NCBI RefSeq assembly: GCF_004010195.1
Contig: NC_057718.1
Location: forward strand, 30,510,045 to 30,574,044
From: Chiloscyllium plagiosum
Lineage: Eukaryota
Direction: 5' to 3'
Length of the DNA: 64,000 nt
Shown: piece after piece, positions 39,093 to 52,654 of the stretch
Numbering within the stretch: the stretch's first letter is position 1
Layout: every line of letters begins with the position of its first letter
Made by a program: the position numbers and the translations under genes
Notes under the pieces: model-generated
What the model was told of the DNA's origin: nothing
Database searches by the model: none
What the model saw: only the letters and a program-made list of their open reading frames with translations

Positions 39093-39252
39093 TAGTGATT
39101 AGGAGATGCCAGTGTTGGACTGGGATGTACAAAATTAAGAATCACACAACACCAGGTTATAGTTCAATAGGTTTAATTGGAAGCATTAGCTTTCGGACCG
39201 CTGCTTCCAATTAAATCTGTTGGGCTATAACCTGGTGTTGTGTGATTTTTAA
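39093..39252. mobile_element. Palindromic Penelope-derived element (family D), core largely deleted
   Basis: Inverted arms AATCACACAACACCAGGTTATAG..AATTGGAAGCA; TSD CTCTGATG at 39085-39092 and 39253-39260. Confidence 0.8.
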
Positions 39253-42200
39253 CTCTGATGGATGTGATAGATTGGGTGGCACTCTTCTTCCTGGCCAGAT
39301 ATGCCAGGTATCTACCCAGTTTACCACCATACTCAAAAAACTTCTGTTTCGCAAAGGAGATCTCGCTCTTTGCTATTTGGGTGAGCCCAGAGTTTAGAGC
39401 AGCCCTAAGGGCTGTAATCCACTGCAGCTTGGTTCCAGACGGCCTATCAAAGTATGCTGCATATGCGTATGCAGCTGCTCTCCCCTCTGTCACTTCCGGG
39501 TCACTGAGTAAGAAATAATCAAACCCTTTGCATAGGCCTTGGCAGTCTCCCAGAGCATTGACGGGTTACTGGCCATACCTGAATTAATATCCCAAAAATT
39601 TTTAAATTCCCATGAAAAATGCTCAGTAAACTTACTGTCCTTCAGGAGAAAAGGATCCATGCGCCAGTGCCACAAGCCTGTCCCATTGCCTCTGGCCTTA
39701 ACCTTCAGATACATTGCCACATGATCAGAAATGGCTATGTTCCCAATTCTACAGGACAGCACCGAATCCAAAAAAGCTGGTGAAGCAAAAAAACATGTCA
39801 ATCCTAATGTAGCACTTGTGTGGGTTAGAGAAGAAGGTTAAGTCCCTCCCTTCAGGGTGAAGACATCTCCACATGTCCACTATCCCCAGCTCCCCACTCA
39901 GGTTCACCAGTTGACTGGATTGTGGAGATATGCCTGCGAGACCCCTGGGCATCCTGTCTACCTTGGAGTCCATAAGACAATTAAAGTCTTCCCCTATAAT
40001 CGTATGGTGCACTCCAAAGGCCATCAACCTGGAAAGTGCATCCATTAAAAATTTGAGAGGGTGTGCCGGGGGCAATATGCATTCAAAATCCCGTACTCCT
40101 ATCTATGTATTAAACCTTTGAGGATCACAAACCGCCCATATTTGGTCTAACAGCTCAAATGGGAGATTCTTCTGGATGAGTATAGCTACCCCTCTGCTTT
40201 TTGAATTAAAGAATGAGAAAAACACTCCCTGCTGTAACTTTAAATGCTTCTTATTGGCTTACTGTGTTTCTTGCAGCAAGGCTACATCGATCCTTTCTTT
40301 TCTAAGGCTGGAAAGTATTTTCTTTCTCTTAATTGGTGAATGGCTCCCTTTAATATTCCAGGTGCACCATTTAAATGAACAATTAGCCATAACCATCCAA
40401 GACAACCTGTGACCACCCAACCCCCCCCCCCCCCCCCGAGAGAAAGAACCCAACTCATAGCGCACCAAGTGAAAACAGTAAAATACTCGTATAAACTAGA
40501 AAATACAACTACAAAAACCACCAAAGCAAAACTTTTAAAAACTATTTCTATGATGAACAAATAAGAGGAGACTTTCCCCCTGGCCCACAGGGAGCATTCA
40601 CCCTACCAACTAATCCCTCCATGGCTCCTTCTCACTGAAGCCAAGCCCCAGGCAAACACATTTTTAAAAAATGTATCTTATAACAAGAACTTTTTTTTTA
40701 AATCAACCCTTCCCACGCGTACTTTGATCCCAGTCAGTACTAATAAAAATAAATCCAATATCTCCCCCCCACCCCCAATCCCAGACCAAGAAAGAGAAGA
40801 GAAAGGGAATAATAGAGAAAAGACAATGGAAGGGAAGAAAGAGGAGAAAAAAAAGGACCCCACATATTAAAAGAGCAAAACAAGGTAAACCACAGAGAAA
40901 ACAAAGAAAACACTATTGTCCATATTATTTGAACCAGCTAATCTATTTTAAGGTGTCCAAGAAATCCTTTGCCTTTTCTGATGAGTCAAAATTATACACG
41001 GACCCTCTATGGCCGGATATTCTTCTTTACCTCATCAAAGGCCTTCCTCTTGCAGATCACAGCCACAGAAAATCCTAGAAAAACATAATTTTGTATATCA
41101 AGCCTGTGGATCTTTCCCCAGTGCTCTAGAAGCTTCCAACACCATTTGCTTATCTCTGTGCTGGAGTCGCACTGGTCCGATCTGGGCCTGCACACTGCGA
41201 CCCGATGGGCCTACACAACTTGCACCCGGCCCACCTTGACCTCCACCCCCAAGAACTGAGGGAGCCATTGCTGCATAAAGCTGACTAGCTGGCCTCCTTC
41301 CCCCTGTTCCAGCAGCACGATCAGACGAATGTTCTTCCAACAGCCTCGATTTTCAAGGTCATCGACCTGTTCCACTAATGCCTATACCTGCCTCTCCAGG
41401 GTCTGCACCCGACCCGCTGAGGATTCTGCCGCAGTCTCCGAAACCACGGTCCGTTCCACCATCTCCTCCATGGGCTGCCTGAGATGCTGCATCTCCTGGT
41501 CAGGCTTTTGCAGCATGACCGAAATCATTTCCAGTCTGGTCCGGGTCTCCTCCATCACTGATTCAATCTTCTCTCGGAATTTCATGAACTCTGAGACCAG
41601 GCTCTGTTCCACAGGTAAGTTCCCTGGGGCATTCGCAGAGAGTGGCGCTGTGGCCGCGGGCGTGTCCGTAGCTGCACGGGAGTGCCCTGTTTGTTGTGAT
41701 CCACACGGCCCTTTTCCCTTAGTATCTTCCTTGATCAACAAAACTAATACGCAACAATTCTGGGGACCTAAGGCTACTGATTTTTGCCACAATAGCTAAA
41801 ACAAAAGGAGGGTAAATGCACCACCTTGCCTGGGTTATGGTGCTGAGCTCAACAGGGCACTTACTAGACTTACTAGATCGCCGCCATCTTGGATCTCCCC
41901 GCAATAGTGCCTTTCTTACATGCAGTTTTCTCTCCTCATTTATTTTCTTCCCGACATCCTGACTATTACTAGGAAGTCTGTACATAATTCCCATTAGGGT
42001 CGCCTTTTCCTTTGCAATTCCTCAGATTCTACACCTTCTGACTCTCTCCCATATCTTGCTATTGGTTTGATTTCATTTCATTTCTTACTAACAAGGTAAC
42101 CCCATATGTGTCTGTCCTTTGATAGGGCCCTGATATCCTTGCAGCCTTGTTTTTGTTTTTACCCACAGCATTATATCCACCAATTTCAATCTGTGCTAAA

Positions 42201-43629
42201 AGCCCATTTACCATGTTTTAGGTAATGCGTACGTTTAAGTACAGCACTCTGAATCCTGTGTTGACTGTCCCCCTTCTCATAGTTGTCTCTTTATTTGATG
42301 CACCTGAAGTTAGATTCCTTAGCCTTTCTATTCTCTCTGTCGTATTATTTGTTCTGGAAACTTTAATAACCTCTGCTGAGCCCTCCCCTCCTCTTATCTT
42401 TTTCCATCATTCTCCATGCAACTGAACCCACTCACACACACTAACACACACTCACACACACTTAAAATCTTATCCGCAGCCTTAGTTATGTGACTCACAG
42501 GGACCCTGGTCCCAGCCTGATTCAGGTGAAACCCATCCGGTCGGTACAGCTCCCTCTTCCCCCTGTACTGCTGCCAATATGCCATTCATCCATTTCTCTC
42601 ATTTCATCTTTGAGCCATGTGTTTACCTTTTTAACCTTGTTAACCTCGTGCCAATTATCTCAGGGTTTAGGTAGTAATCCGGGGAGTATTACCTTTTTGT
42701 TTCTGCTTTTCATTTTAACCTCCAGCTGCTCATTTTGCCTCAGCAGAACCTTTTTCCTATTTCTACCTATATTGTTGGTACCTGGTGGACTACTACAACT
42801 GGATCTTTTCCCCTTCAACTCCAAGTCACCCTGCAGCCCAGATATCCTGAACACAGGCAACACAGCCTTCAGGACTCTTGATCCTGATGGACCACAGAGA
42901 ATAATGTCTATTCCTCTGATTACACTGTCCCCAGTTACATCTACATTTCACTTTTCTACCCTCTCTTAAATAGCTCCCTGTACCACGGTGTTATAATCAG
43001 TTTGCCCATGTTCCTGAGAGCCTCTCCTCTCATTCTTGCAGACACCAAGAATCTCAAACCTGTTAGACAAGTTCAAGGGCTGAGGCTCCTTCTGCACTAC
43101 CTGTTGGACCCTGCTATCTGCCTCATTTGACTCACTCTCCTGTCTCTGACTATTGACCAGATTTGACATTAATCTAAGGGGTGTGACTGTCTCCTGAAGC
43201 ACAGCATCCAGGTAACTCTCCCTCTCCCTGATGTAACATAGTATTCAAAGTTTAGACTTCAGCTCATAAACTCTGAACTGGAATTCCTCAAGCTACCAAG
43301 ACTTGCCACGTCATTTGCACTATGAACCACTACCAGCTCCCATGTCATGCAGGTACAGCACATAGCCTGGCCCTTTCTCTATTTTATTGATGTGGCACTT
43401 TATCAAATATCTTCTAGAAATCCAAGTATTGGACCCTCTATCATGTTGTAGGGCACTATCACTACAGATAGTTACATGGGTTAATTTTTGAACGGATCTC
43501 GCAACTCCAGACCTAGCATTTGTGAGGCACTGTGGCCATCAGCAGCAGAATTGTATTCAACTACACCCTGTAACCTCCTGGCCTGGCATATTTCCTGACC
43601 CAGCAATTTGAGCTTGATTCCACACTTGG

Positions 43630-43890
43630 GCAACTGTGTGGAGTTTACACATTCTTACCATGTATGCTTGGTTTCCTCCCACAATCTAAAGATGTGCAGG
43701 TTGGATGGATTGGCCATGCTAAATTGCCCATGGTGTCCAAGGATCTGTAAGCCAGGTGGATCAGCCATGGAGAATGCGAGGTTATAGGGATAAGGTCGTG
43801 GAGAGGGTCTGGGTGTGAAGGTCTTCAGAGGGTTGGTTTGGACTTAATGGGCCAAATGGCCTGCTTCCATCCTGTAGGAATTCTATGAAA
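43630..43890 (+). mobile_element. Older HE1/V-SINE copy
   Basis: ACTGTGTGGAGTTTACACATTCT..AAAGATGTGCAGG..GGCCATGCTAAATTGCCC and CR1-like tail. Confidence 0.8.
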
Positions 43891-46364
43891 AATAATGTCC
43901 TTTTTTGTATTACCTATTGATAGCAAATTAGCACTGATCCTAAAATATTCTTTGACTTTGGGCACATCTGTAAGATGCTCACTTGCATATTACAGACTCC
44001 TTCATTTGAACAGCCAAAAATTTTACCTGATGACATGGCATAACTAACATTAATAAATAACCATGAAAACTCCCAGAATGACACCCCCTACAGGCGCAAC
44101 AGGTTTGGCAGATAGATGTAATGGAAAAATGCTAAAAGGGTCACTGAACTAAGGGATTTTAATGCAATTTAAGCAATATTGAGACTCAGTCAGCAATTTT
44201 AAGACATAATAGATGTATTACAGAATAAATTTGGTGAATAAAATGCTGGCAGCAAGCTACAAGGTAGTAATTCAACTGAACAATCACAGTGATGTTTTTA
44301 AATTTCAGCAGAGACTCTAGACTGCATTAGAACCTTTAATTTATTGACATATCTTTACATGTTTTGGAAGACTATAGATTATTTTTAGTGTTCATTTTTT
44401 TCCGAACTTAAAAAAAAGTCACTCAGCAGGTAAGCTTGCTGTGGTGATGGAGGTGTGAAAGGATAATTAAAAATCATCTGGGTGCAGAGAGGTTTTATTG
44501 CATACGCTACCATACACTTTCAGTTGCTATGCCACAGGACAATTTTACACGGCTTTCTTTAACAGTGGGTTACTGTTAATAAACTCCTCACAATTTAGCA
44601 TCGTATGAGCAGTATGCCTGTGCAAAACTGTTGACACATTAACTTAAAAAGCAAACACCCTAAATTTTGAAAATCTGCTCTTAAAGGATAAAATGCTCCA
44701 TGTCTATATTTAACATCTGATGAAAACAAAATATTAGGAATCGGCTTTTGTTTGTAAAGTTCAAAAGATTGAACTTCTTGATATCTAAATGCCAATTATC
44801 TATTTCACTGTCAATTGCTGATCAACTCTGCAATATATCTCCAATGTTTGTTGTTTGTATTCGGGAAATATTCTTTCTTTGCTGTAGTAATCCATTATAT
44901 TTTCAGACCATTTGAGGGATTGTGCATTATATCTTATTGTTATTGGTTGCCAAAGCATGTATTAGTTGAGATAAAAAAAATGTGCTAATTGGTGGATTTT
45001 AGGTAGGATCCAAAGAAATAGTTGAAGATGTTCCTCCCATACTGTATCACCCCCTTGCCCCCACATTGCCCCACTATGTCTCAATCTCCATCAATCGAAG
45101 CAGACTGTTTAATGATCAACCATGCTCCTGAGTTCTGCAGACTGTCAAGTGGTAATAACTTACTGGATCTGCCATGGCAGGTTACTTAATTTTGATTCTC
45201 TTCAAGCCATCACAACCTCCAAGGAGATGCCACGTACCTCCGCCAGTGGTACATAGTCAATAGTTGCTTGTCAGACAACTCATGCGCATCATGATGAGCA
45301 GTTTAAAAAGGGATGTGTGTATATTGCCAACACCATACCATGAACATACATGGTCAACTGAACCTTGGTTGTACCAGTGGAGTTGCTTCTCTGCAACTCA
45401 GTCATCGTATACAGCATCTCTGGGTATTTAGCTGTATGCCGTCGTATCTGAACTCCAGGAAGTATCTTACACCATCTTGTTCAACTTTCAGAAATTCCTT
45501 AACTGCTATACAATGGAAATTTGCTTTTAGTAAGGTGGAAAAATTTCAGCAGGGCATCTTGGACATGTCACCTCATAGTTTTTGACGTCCATGGCCAATG
45601 TCACATGGCAGAATTGTTCAAGTCATAATCTCATAAAATCATAGAATGGTTAAAGAATACAAGTCCTTTTAATCTGTCCAGTCTGTACCAACTCTCTCCA
45701 AGTACAGTTTGCCTTGTCGCATTCTCTAGCCATTATCCTTTCAGATCCATTTTCCTACTGAAAGTCACAAATGAAACTACCTCTTGAACCATTTCAAGCA
45801 GTGCTTCCAGATCCTATTGGCTAAATTTAAGAAAAGATCCTCCAATCATCTTTGATTCTGATGCCAATCACTTTAAATCTTTGTCCTCTGGTTCTCACCT
45901 GTTCTGCCAGGGGAAACAATCCATATGCAGAAAGAGCTGCACCTGTAGCCTGGAACTAACTTAGCTGGAAAAACCAAGTGGACCAGAAACTCACCAGCAT
46001 GTCTTACTGCACTGCCAGCTCCTGCTGGACCGGGTACTGCTTTAGACAAGCTCTGATCACAATGAAGCATATAAACAAAAATGTTCCTGGTTCATTGTGA
46101 GACACTGGAGATGTAGAAAAACAATGTGATTGTGGGACGGCAGAAAGCAGAATAATACAGTATTTAAATGTGAACATCCAATGCACAAAGATGAGGAAAC
46201 TCATTACTTCACTGTTTCATTATATGTCCTGGCATTGACAATGTTTGTGTTACACTTGGCAAGGATGTAAAAATAATGCTGGTCTTTCATACCATGTCCA
46301 AACTTAATGCCAATGTTGGTGAATGTAGAGTATGTCAGTTACCTTTTATCTACTAGGCAAAAAT

Positions 46365-46842
46365 TGGGAAAGTGATGGAATACTCCCCATTTGCCTGGGT
46401 AAGTGCAGCTCCAACAAGAAGCATCTCAAGAAGCTTGATACCATCATGGACAAAGCAGCCCACTCGTTGACACCGCATCAACAAATATTCACTCCCTCCA
46501 TCACCAATGCACAATAGCAGCAATATGTATCATCTACAAGGTGCTTTGTGTAAATTTACCAAGGCACCATAGACACCAACTGCTACCACTTGAAAGTCTT
46601 GGGAAGCTGGTACATGGTAACATGCAAATTCCCCTCCAATTCAGACCATTGTGATTTGGAATTAGATTGCCATTCCTTCAGTGTCGCTGGGTCAAAATCT
46701 TGGAACTCCCTTGCAGTGATGTTGTGGCTCTATCATCAACAGTTGGGTTCCAGCACTACAAGAAGGCAGACCACTGCCTAGAGATGGGCAATAAATGCTG
46801 GCTCAGCCAGTGAGGCCCATATCCCCAATGATAAAACAAAAA
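46365..46842 (+). mobile_element. Old CR1-like LINE 3' end
   Basis: HLKKLDTIMDKAAH; tail GGGCAATAAATGCTGG, same family as 8105-8414. Confidence 0.7.
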
Positions 46843-47469
46843 GCAATACCTTGCTATTGCCTTATTTAGTGCTACTTGTCTCTCCCAGTCCTCGGTGTAT
46901 CTTGTTCCTTATTTATACTGCTTTATCCTGATTTTCATCCAGCTGCTAGCACTTCTCGCATAATGCTAGCAAATTACCCTGCAAGGTCAATATTCTTGAT
47001 GCCATTGAGGTGAATCCTGGCTGGTCTGTATGGGTTTTACCATCCCAGAACTCATCCCAAGATAACAGAAGTTCTCCTTTTTTGCCTTGTCACTCCAGCC
47101 ACATGTTCATTTGTGCTTTTGTCTTATTTCTAGTGTCACAAGTACCTAGTGCTGGACATAATCTGCCATTACTGACTTTGAGGTCCTGTTTATAGCTCCT
47201 GCTTGGTTCTCTAAAATCTATCTGCACGACCTCAAATCTCTTTCTGTTTATGTCAGAACAAACCATGTTCCTACACTCCTTAAGTTGGCAAAGTTTATGA
47301 AGTAGTTTTCAAAAAAACAGCTAGATGCTTCAACTTTAAAAGCCCTTTGTGAACTTTATGCTGATTTAGTATGAATTTGGCAATGGAAAATATATTTGGA
47401 GGGTGTTTTCCCGAGGTGGTAGAGCACAGGGAGCTTTATTTTTGCTGTACTCTGCCTTTGCTTGGGCAG

Positions 47470-47676
47470 TCATGATTTGGAGATGCCGGTGTTGGACTGG
47501 GGTGTACAAAGTTAAAAATCACTCAACACCAGGTTATGGTCCAACAGGTTTAATTGGAAACACCAGCTTTCGGAGTACTCCTCCTTCAGGTGATTGTGGA
47601 GAGCAATACTCCGAAAGCTAATGCTCCCAAATAAACCTGTTGGACTATAATCTGCTGTTGTGTGATTTTTAACTTT
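47470..47676. mobile_element. Palindromic Penelope-derived element (family D)
   Basis: Inverted arms AAAGTTAAAAATCAC..AGCTTTCGGAGTA / TACTCCGAAAGCT..GTGATTTTTAACTTT. Confidence 0.82.
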
Positions 47677-50600
47677 ACCTGGACATAGTTGCTTACACTA
47701 TATTCCCATATTTTGCAGTCAAGATAATCTTCCACTTCTGAAGGAGTTGGACTTCTTTTATTTCTGTATTATTTTAGTTTCTATTTCTCAAAATGGGTTT
47801 GGAGCTTGAAGCACCTGTCCTGAATTCAAGACTGTTCATGTGCCTATGTCAGAAGTCACATCAACAGCGCAGTGGTTTTGCTGTCTGTTCTATGTTTCCA
47901 GTAGAGATGAGAAAGGTAATCGGTGCATAAGTGTCTGCCTGCACAAAACCTGCATTTGATCAGCTAAAATACAACCTTTTGTTAGTTTGTAAAGCAGGCT
48001 GTGATGAATGTACATTTTCAAGGCTGCATTGGGAGAAAGAAATTGTCCTGGAATTTTATGTAAACTGCAAGTATCAATATAAATAAATAATAATTAAACA
48101 TACTCCCTGATGTTTGGACAGTACCACCTATAGACAGATTTCTAAAAACAACTGTGAAGATGGTGAAAAAAGCTAATTTGCTTAGTACAGACAGAAGAGT
48201 TGCCTGGACAACTGAATCTTTAGTCTTAACGACACAGGAATAATGCCTGAGTAAAAGAGGGGGAGGGAATATTTCAGAGCCTAAATGCTATTGCACAAAT
48301 GTAGAAATGTTCATGAATTTATTGTGCTTAGATCTCTATGGTATCTTGGAACAAAATATTCCATGACATCACGAAAATTGTTTTTGTTTTAGTGAATCAA
48401 CACATTACCTGTTAGCTGTTAGCTAGCTTCCACTAAAACCCCAACATCCATTTTGTGCCTCAAAAACCTCACAGACAAAGAAGACTGCAATATGTCTGCT
48501 TTCCTGACCAGCCAGAGTATTTTCACTCGTTTCTTTTCCATCTGGTTTATGAGAGAGATTCTTGTGGAGGCCTGAAGACCCTGGGTACTGAATGGACAAT
48601 TTGCATCTTTCTTCGGTAAAGAAGTTGCTGCCAATGCCACTGTATAGGGGGAGGTAACAGTGATTTTGGATAGTGTAAAAATAGGTAAATAGTAGGCTCT
48701 TAAAAACCTTCTGGTATTCAAAGTTATGCGATCCTGATGGGCTGCATCTTAGGTTACAAAGGAAATTAGGGGTAAAAACTGGAGGATTTGACCTCAATCT
48801 TTCAATTTTCTTTAAGACTGACTTCCCAGGTTGCAGATGCTGCGCCCTTATCTTAAAACAAAAGGACCGCATTCACTTTTATATTTCTTTCTATCTTGTA
48901 TTTTTCTCCCTTGCATATTTCTCTGTCTCTCTCCTAACCTTAACCTTAAACCATCGATTTCTCTTCACACTTCTTCACTTTGTCTCTCCCTAGTTCTTAC
49001 TTTAGCATTTCCGAGTTGGTTTTACAATGATTTTCCTCTCTACCCCTGCAAAGCTGAGATTATTGCACAAGAGAATTTGGGGTAAGGGCTAAGACTGCTG
49101 TTGGGCTACACAGTTTTTGGAGAGATTTACCAGGAACCTTTGCACGTGTGATGAAGCTCAAGCTTTTGGAGCCATCAGAACATAGTTTGGTCAGAATCAA
49201 GAGCTCCCTGAACACAAGGGATTACCTCATCAGATAAGGCTTATAATGCATGGCACAGAATTCTTGATGTTCCTATCTTTGTTGGCATTTGCTGCTTGTG
49301 GAATGCTGTGAGGAAGATACTGTTGAGCCAAGTTTATATAGGTAAGTGTTTCTTAGGTAACTGCTTTTATTTTAAGGATTAAGTGTGAAGAATAATACAA
49401 GAGCCATTTCAGATTTGATCTGCTACAATGTGATTGAGGTGAATTTTTGTTCTGTGGGAAGACCGTTAGCCAAAACAGAAATGCTACTCCTTTCTCCACA
49501 GATCATGCCTGACATGCTGAGTATTTTCACCATTTGCTTTTTTTCCTTTTTTTATTTGCGTAGAATGTGTTGGTGAATTTTGAACCAGGAGAGAAAGATT
49601 TACCTTAATAATGAACCTCCAAAGGAAGAACTTATCAGTTAGAAAGAAGAGTTACAAAGACAAAGGTACATTAGACCGTAAGAGCAGGAGTAAGCCTTTT
49701 AATCCACTGATCCTGCTTCACTATTTGATTAGATCATAGCTGACCATCTGCCTCAATTCCACCCCACTACTCCTTGATGTCATTAGTATCCAGAAATCTT
49801 TTAATAATTGCCTTGAATAAACTTCTGCTCTGTAGGGCGGAAAATTCAAAAACTTCACCACCCTCTGAGATATCGAGGGATATTTTCACTCAGTGTTAGA
49901 TGGCCTGCCCCTCCCTTGTTCTTTTATTGTATTCTGTTTCTGGATTCATCAGCTAGGGGAGCAACCTGTCTGTATCTAATCTGCCACACCCTGTAAGAAT
50001 TTTTGAAGCTTTTGAAGATCATTCCTCATCCTTCAAACCTTTAAGGAATTACAGGCTCAGAAACTTGATCATAAAGAGGAAAGAGATTTGAATAACGATT
50101 CATAATGTAGGCAATAGTTTCGAAGCATGTGACAGACATGAATCATGTAATAATAGAACCAGAGGATTGAATTGCGGTTCAATATAGGTGGTAGGATATT
50201 CAGTTGGGAAATGTAAAAAAAAACTGCCAGTGGAGTGTTTGAATGCAGCAGATTATAATCATACAATTCTAACTGCACAGGCTTATGAACATTGCACTGA
50301 ATGCAACCACATCCGTGCAACATTGCAATGTACTGAAAGGGTGAAACTTGGTGAGCACTTGAGGCAATATAGTGGTTTTTTTGCATTCTGCAAATTGGTT
50401 GCTTTATCCTGCCTGTGTGCTTTGCCTTGTTTCACTGAATTACTAATTCCAGGATCCGATGGAAACATTTTTGTAGCCATTTCGAAGATGTGGTAATGAT
50501 TGATGAGGCCGAGTATTATGTAAAGATGAAAGACCTAAAGAACACCAGCATTTGCTTTTTACATATAATATGAATCTTCCTATTGAATGATTTCAATGTT

Positions 50601-51112
50601 TCGAGCTGTAAAGAACTTAAACTCAGACTATTTTAAAAATCAGCCACTTGCCTAATCATTAGTGACACAGTAACTAAATCTTCTATCCCACTCAATATTA
50701 AAAATGAGGAAATTAACTTTATGGGATTAGTGTATGTAAATATATTTTGAATATAATGTAGCATGAAAACATGAATCTTTGGTATACATTTCATCTAATA
50801 GATTTAACTGCCCTTAAATGTGAGGAAATATTTTGTGTTCTCCATTTCTATAAGCTGCTTGAATAAAATAGACAGTAGCAAAATATATTTTACTGTAGTA
50901 ATCCTATTCTATTGGCCCAATGTGAACTAATGAAAATCGGAAGAGAAAACTTATCAAGTCCCTCTTAAAAACCAACCATAAACATTATGCAAACAAGATG
51001 TCAACCCAAATTGAGTTCTTTATTCACAACTGGATGTTAATCAAAGAGATGTTACAAAATATTACCATGCATTGATGAAATGAATAATACAAACAAATTT
51101 TTATTTTCAGTA

Positions 51113-51230
51113 AGGGCTGTCTTGTGGTACAGTAGTTGTGTCCCTACCCCTGGATGGGGAGGCCTGGTTTAAGCTCCACCCCCTCCAAAGGTATGTAATA
51201 ACATCTCTGAACAGGTTGATTAGAAAAATA
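51113..51230 (+). mobile_element. Short tRNA-derived SINE, single copy
   Basis: A-box-like TGGTACAGTAG, B-box-like GGTTTAAGCTCC, tail CTGAACAGGTTGATTAGAAAA shared with 57671-58166. Confidence 0.65.
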
Positions 51231-51347
51231 GATTAAATTATTTTTTAAAATGAACATATAGCAGCCATTTTTGGGTAACGTGAAGCTGCAAGAGAAAAAG
51301 GTTGCCTCGGAGTTCAGAATGTTGAGGAGCCGCATGACTTTCAGTCT

Positions 51348-51724
51348 GATTAGATTAGATTAGATTACATTACATTAGATTACATTACAGTGTGGAAACA
51401 GGCCCTTCGGCCCAACAAGTCCACACCGACCCGCCGAAGCGCAACCCACCCATACCCCTACATTTACCCCTTACCTAACACTATGGGCAATTTAGCATGG
51501 CCAATTCACCTGACCTGCACATCTTTGGACTGTGGGAGGAAACCGGAGCACCCGGAGGAAACCAACACAGACACGGGGAGAACGTGCAAACTCCACACAG
51601 TCAGTCGCCTGAGGCGGGAATTGAACCCGGGTCTCTGGCGCTGTGAGGCAACAGTGCTAACCACTGTGCCACCGTGTCGCCCACTGTGCCACCGTGTCGC
51701 CCACTGTGCCACCATGTCGCCCAC
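51348..51724 (-). mobile_element. Young HE1-type V-SINE
   Basis: Minus strand A box TGGCACAGTGG, B box GGTTCAATTCC, V-domain TGTGTGGAGTTTGCAC..GTTTCCTCCGGGTGCTCCGGTTTCCTCCCAC, (TAATC/TAATG)n tail. Confidence 0.9.
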
Positions 51725-52194
51725 AGTGGCACTTGTAGAACAACCTTCCAAAGAGAGAGATCCACCAGGTTATAATCACCTGAAGGTGATAGAAAGTTGA
51801 ACTAAATATGAAAGTTCTGATTGTTGTGTCATTTTAGGTGCAAATTCCTGTGAGAACAGTCTGGTATCTGCATACCAATATCAGTATCACCCTTAAGTCA
51901 TCTTTCATTAGAATAATTCAGAATCTGGTGTAATATGAAAAGATGGGAAATCAAGGATATAAACAGACAATTTCCAATTGCTTAAGGAAATAGAACAAAT
52001 GTTCACAGATGTAGAATTAAATTTTAAGTATTTTAGAATCAAGGGGAAGATTTCACAAACATTTGTTTAACTGTGAAATTGGTCTTTGGAAGTGTTAGCT
52101 CCTTTTCCTGACTTCCTGTAAAATCCCACTGTTACTAGTAATATTTAAATATACATGTGATTGGGTTATAATTCAATGATTTCCATAAAAGGAA

Positions 52195-52430
52195 GCTGAC
52201 TTTTTTTCTTGAGTAATCACAATTGTAATGCAAAAAATGTAGCAACTAATTTGCACACATCGAGCTTCCAAGCCAACATTAAGTTTAGGGGTAAATATTG
52301 GTCACGACACTAGGGATAACTCCTTTGTTCTTATTCAAATAGTGCAGTGGGATCTTCCGCCCCTATCTGAAAGTGCAGATGGGACATCAGTTTAATGTCC
52401 CATGTGACAGACAGGACCTCCAACAATCTC
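52195..52430 (-). mobile_element. Decayed DeuSINE-type (SacSINE1/AmnSINE1-like) fragment
   Basis: TAAATATTGGTCACGACACTAGGGATAACTCC..AAATAGTGCAGTGGGATCTT..CAGTTTAATGTC resembles the recalled Deu domain. Confidence 0.6.
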
Positions 52431-52654
52431 CTTCAGAATGAGAGTCAAAAATAAGAAAGTTTTTAAAAAAGGTATAAGTTTCTTCTTAATAAATTTCAAG
52501 TGGTTTATATATGAAAAAAAGTTCTGGACCAGCAGTTTGTGATGAAATCTGCTTCCAACACCTTCCCAGAACAAAAGATTGATATTCAAACAGGGAAAGG
52601 ATATTAATTGGGCACAGCACAGACACAACTTGGTAAGTCAGCAATTGGTCATTG

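Larger units (their letters stand above)
36757..41900 (-). mobile_element. L1-clade LINE with both ends, decayed, RT core missing
   Basis: 5' end GGGGAGATCCAAGATGGCGGCG; ORF1 QTLERQV..DDLENRG; endonuclease TWNIKG..LLQET, ISDH; C-terminal CPKCKIDIGTLTHC; AATAAA near 36775-36780; flanking GCAATAGTG at 36748 and 41901. Confidence 0.9.
33403..43370 (-). mobile_element. Near full-length older CR1 (ORF1 at ~42400-43320; ORF2 at ~33403-36750 plus ~41901-42070) hosting nested insertions
   Basis: ORF1 EPQPLNLSNRFEIL, GTNNIGRNRK, YRPDGFHLNQAGT; ORF2 FLEQLVLQPTRKKSIL, LVRPHLEYYEQFWAP. Confidence 0.85.

Noticed and set aside
41329..41799. 156-aa + strand ORF
   Set aside because: Antisense shadow of L1 ORF1
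48423..48872. 149-aa and 100-aa minus-strand ORFs
   Set aside because: Mostly antisense to an old CR1 fragment (VLNEQFASFF-like and PDGLHLRL remnants on the + strand)
51600..51684. tRNA gene
   Set aside because: tRNA-related head of an HE1 SINE continuing into V-domain and LINE-like tail
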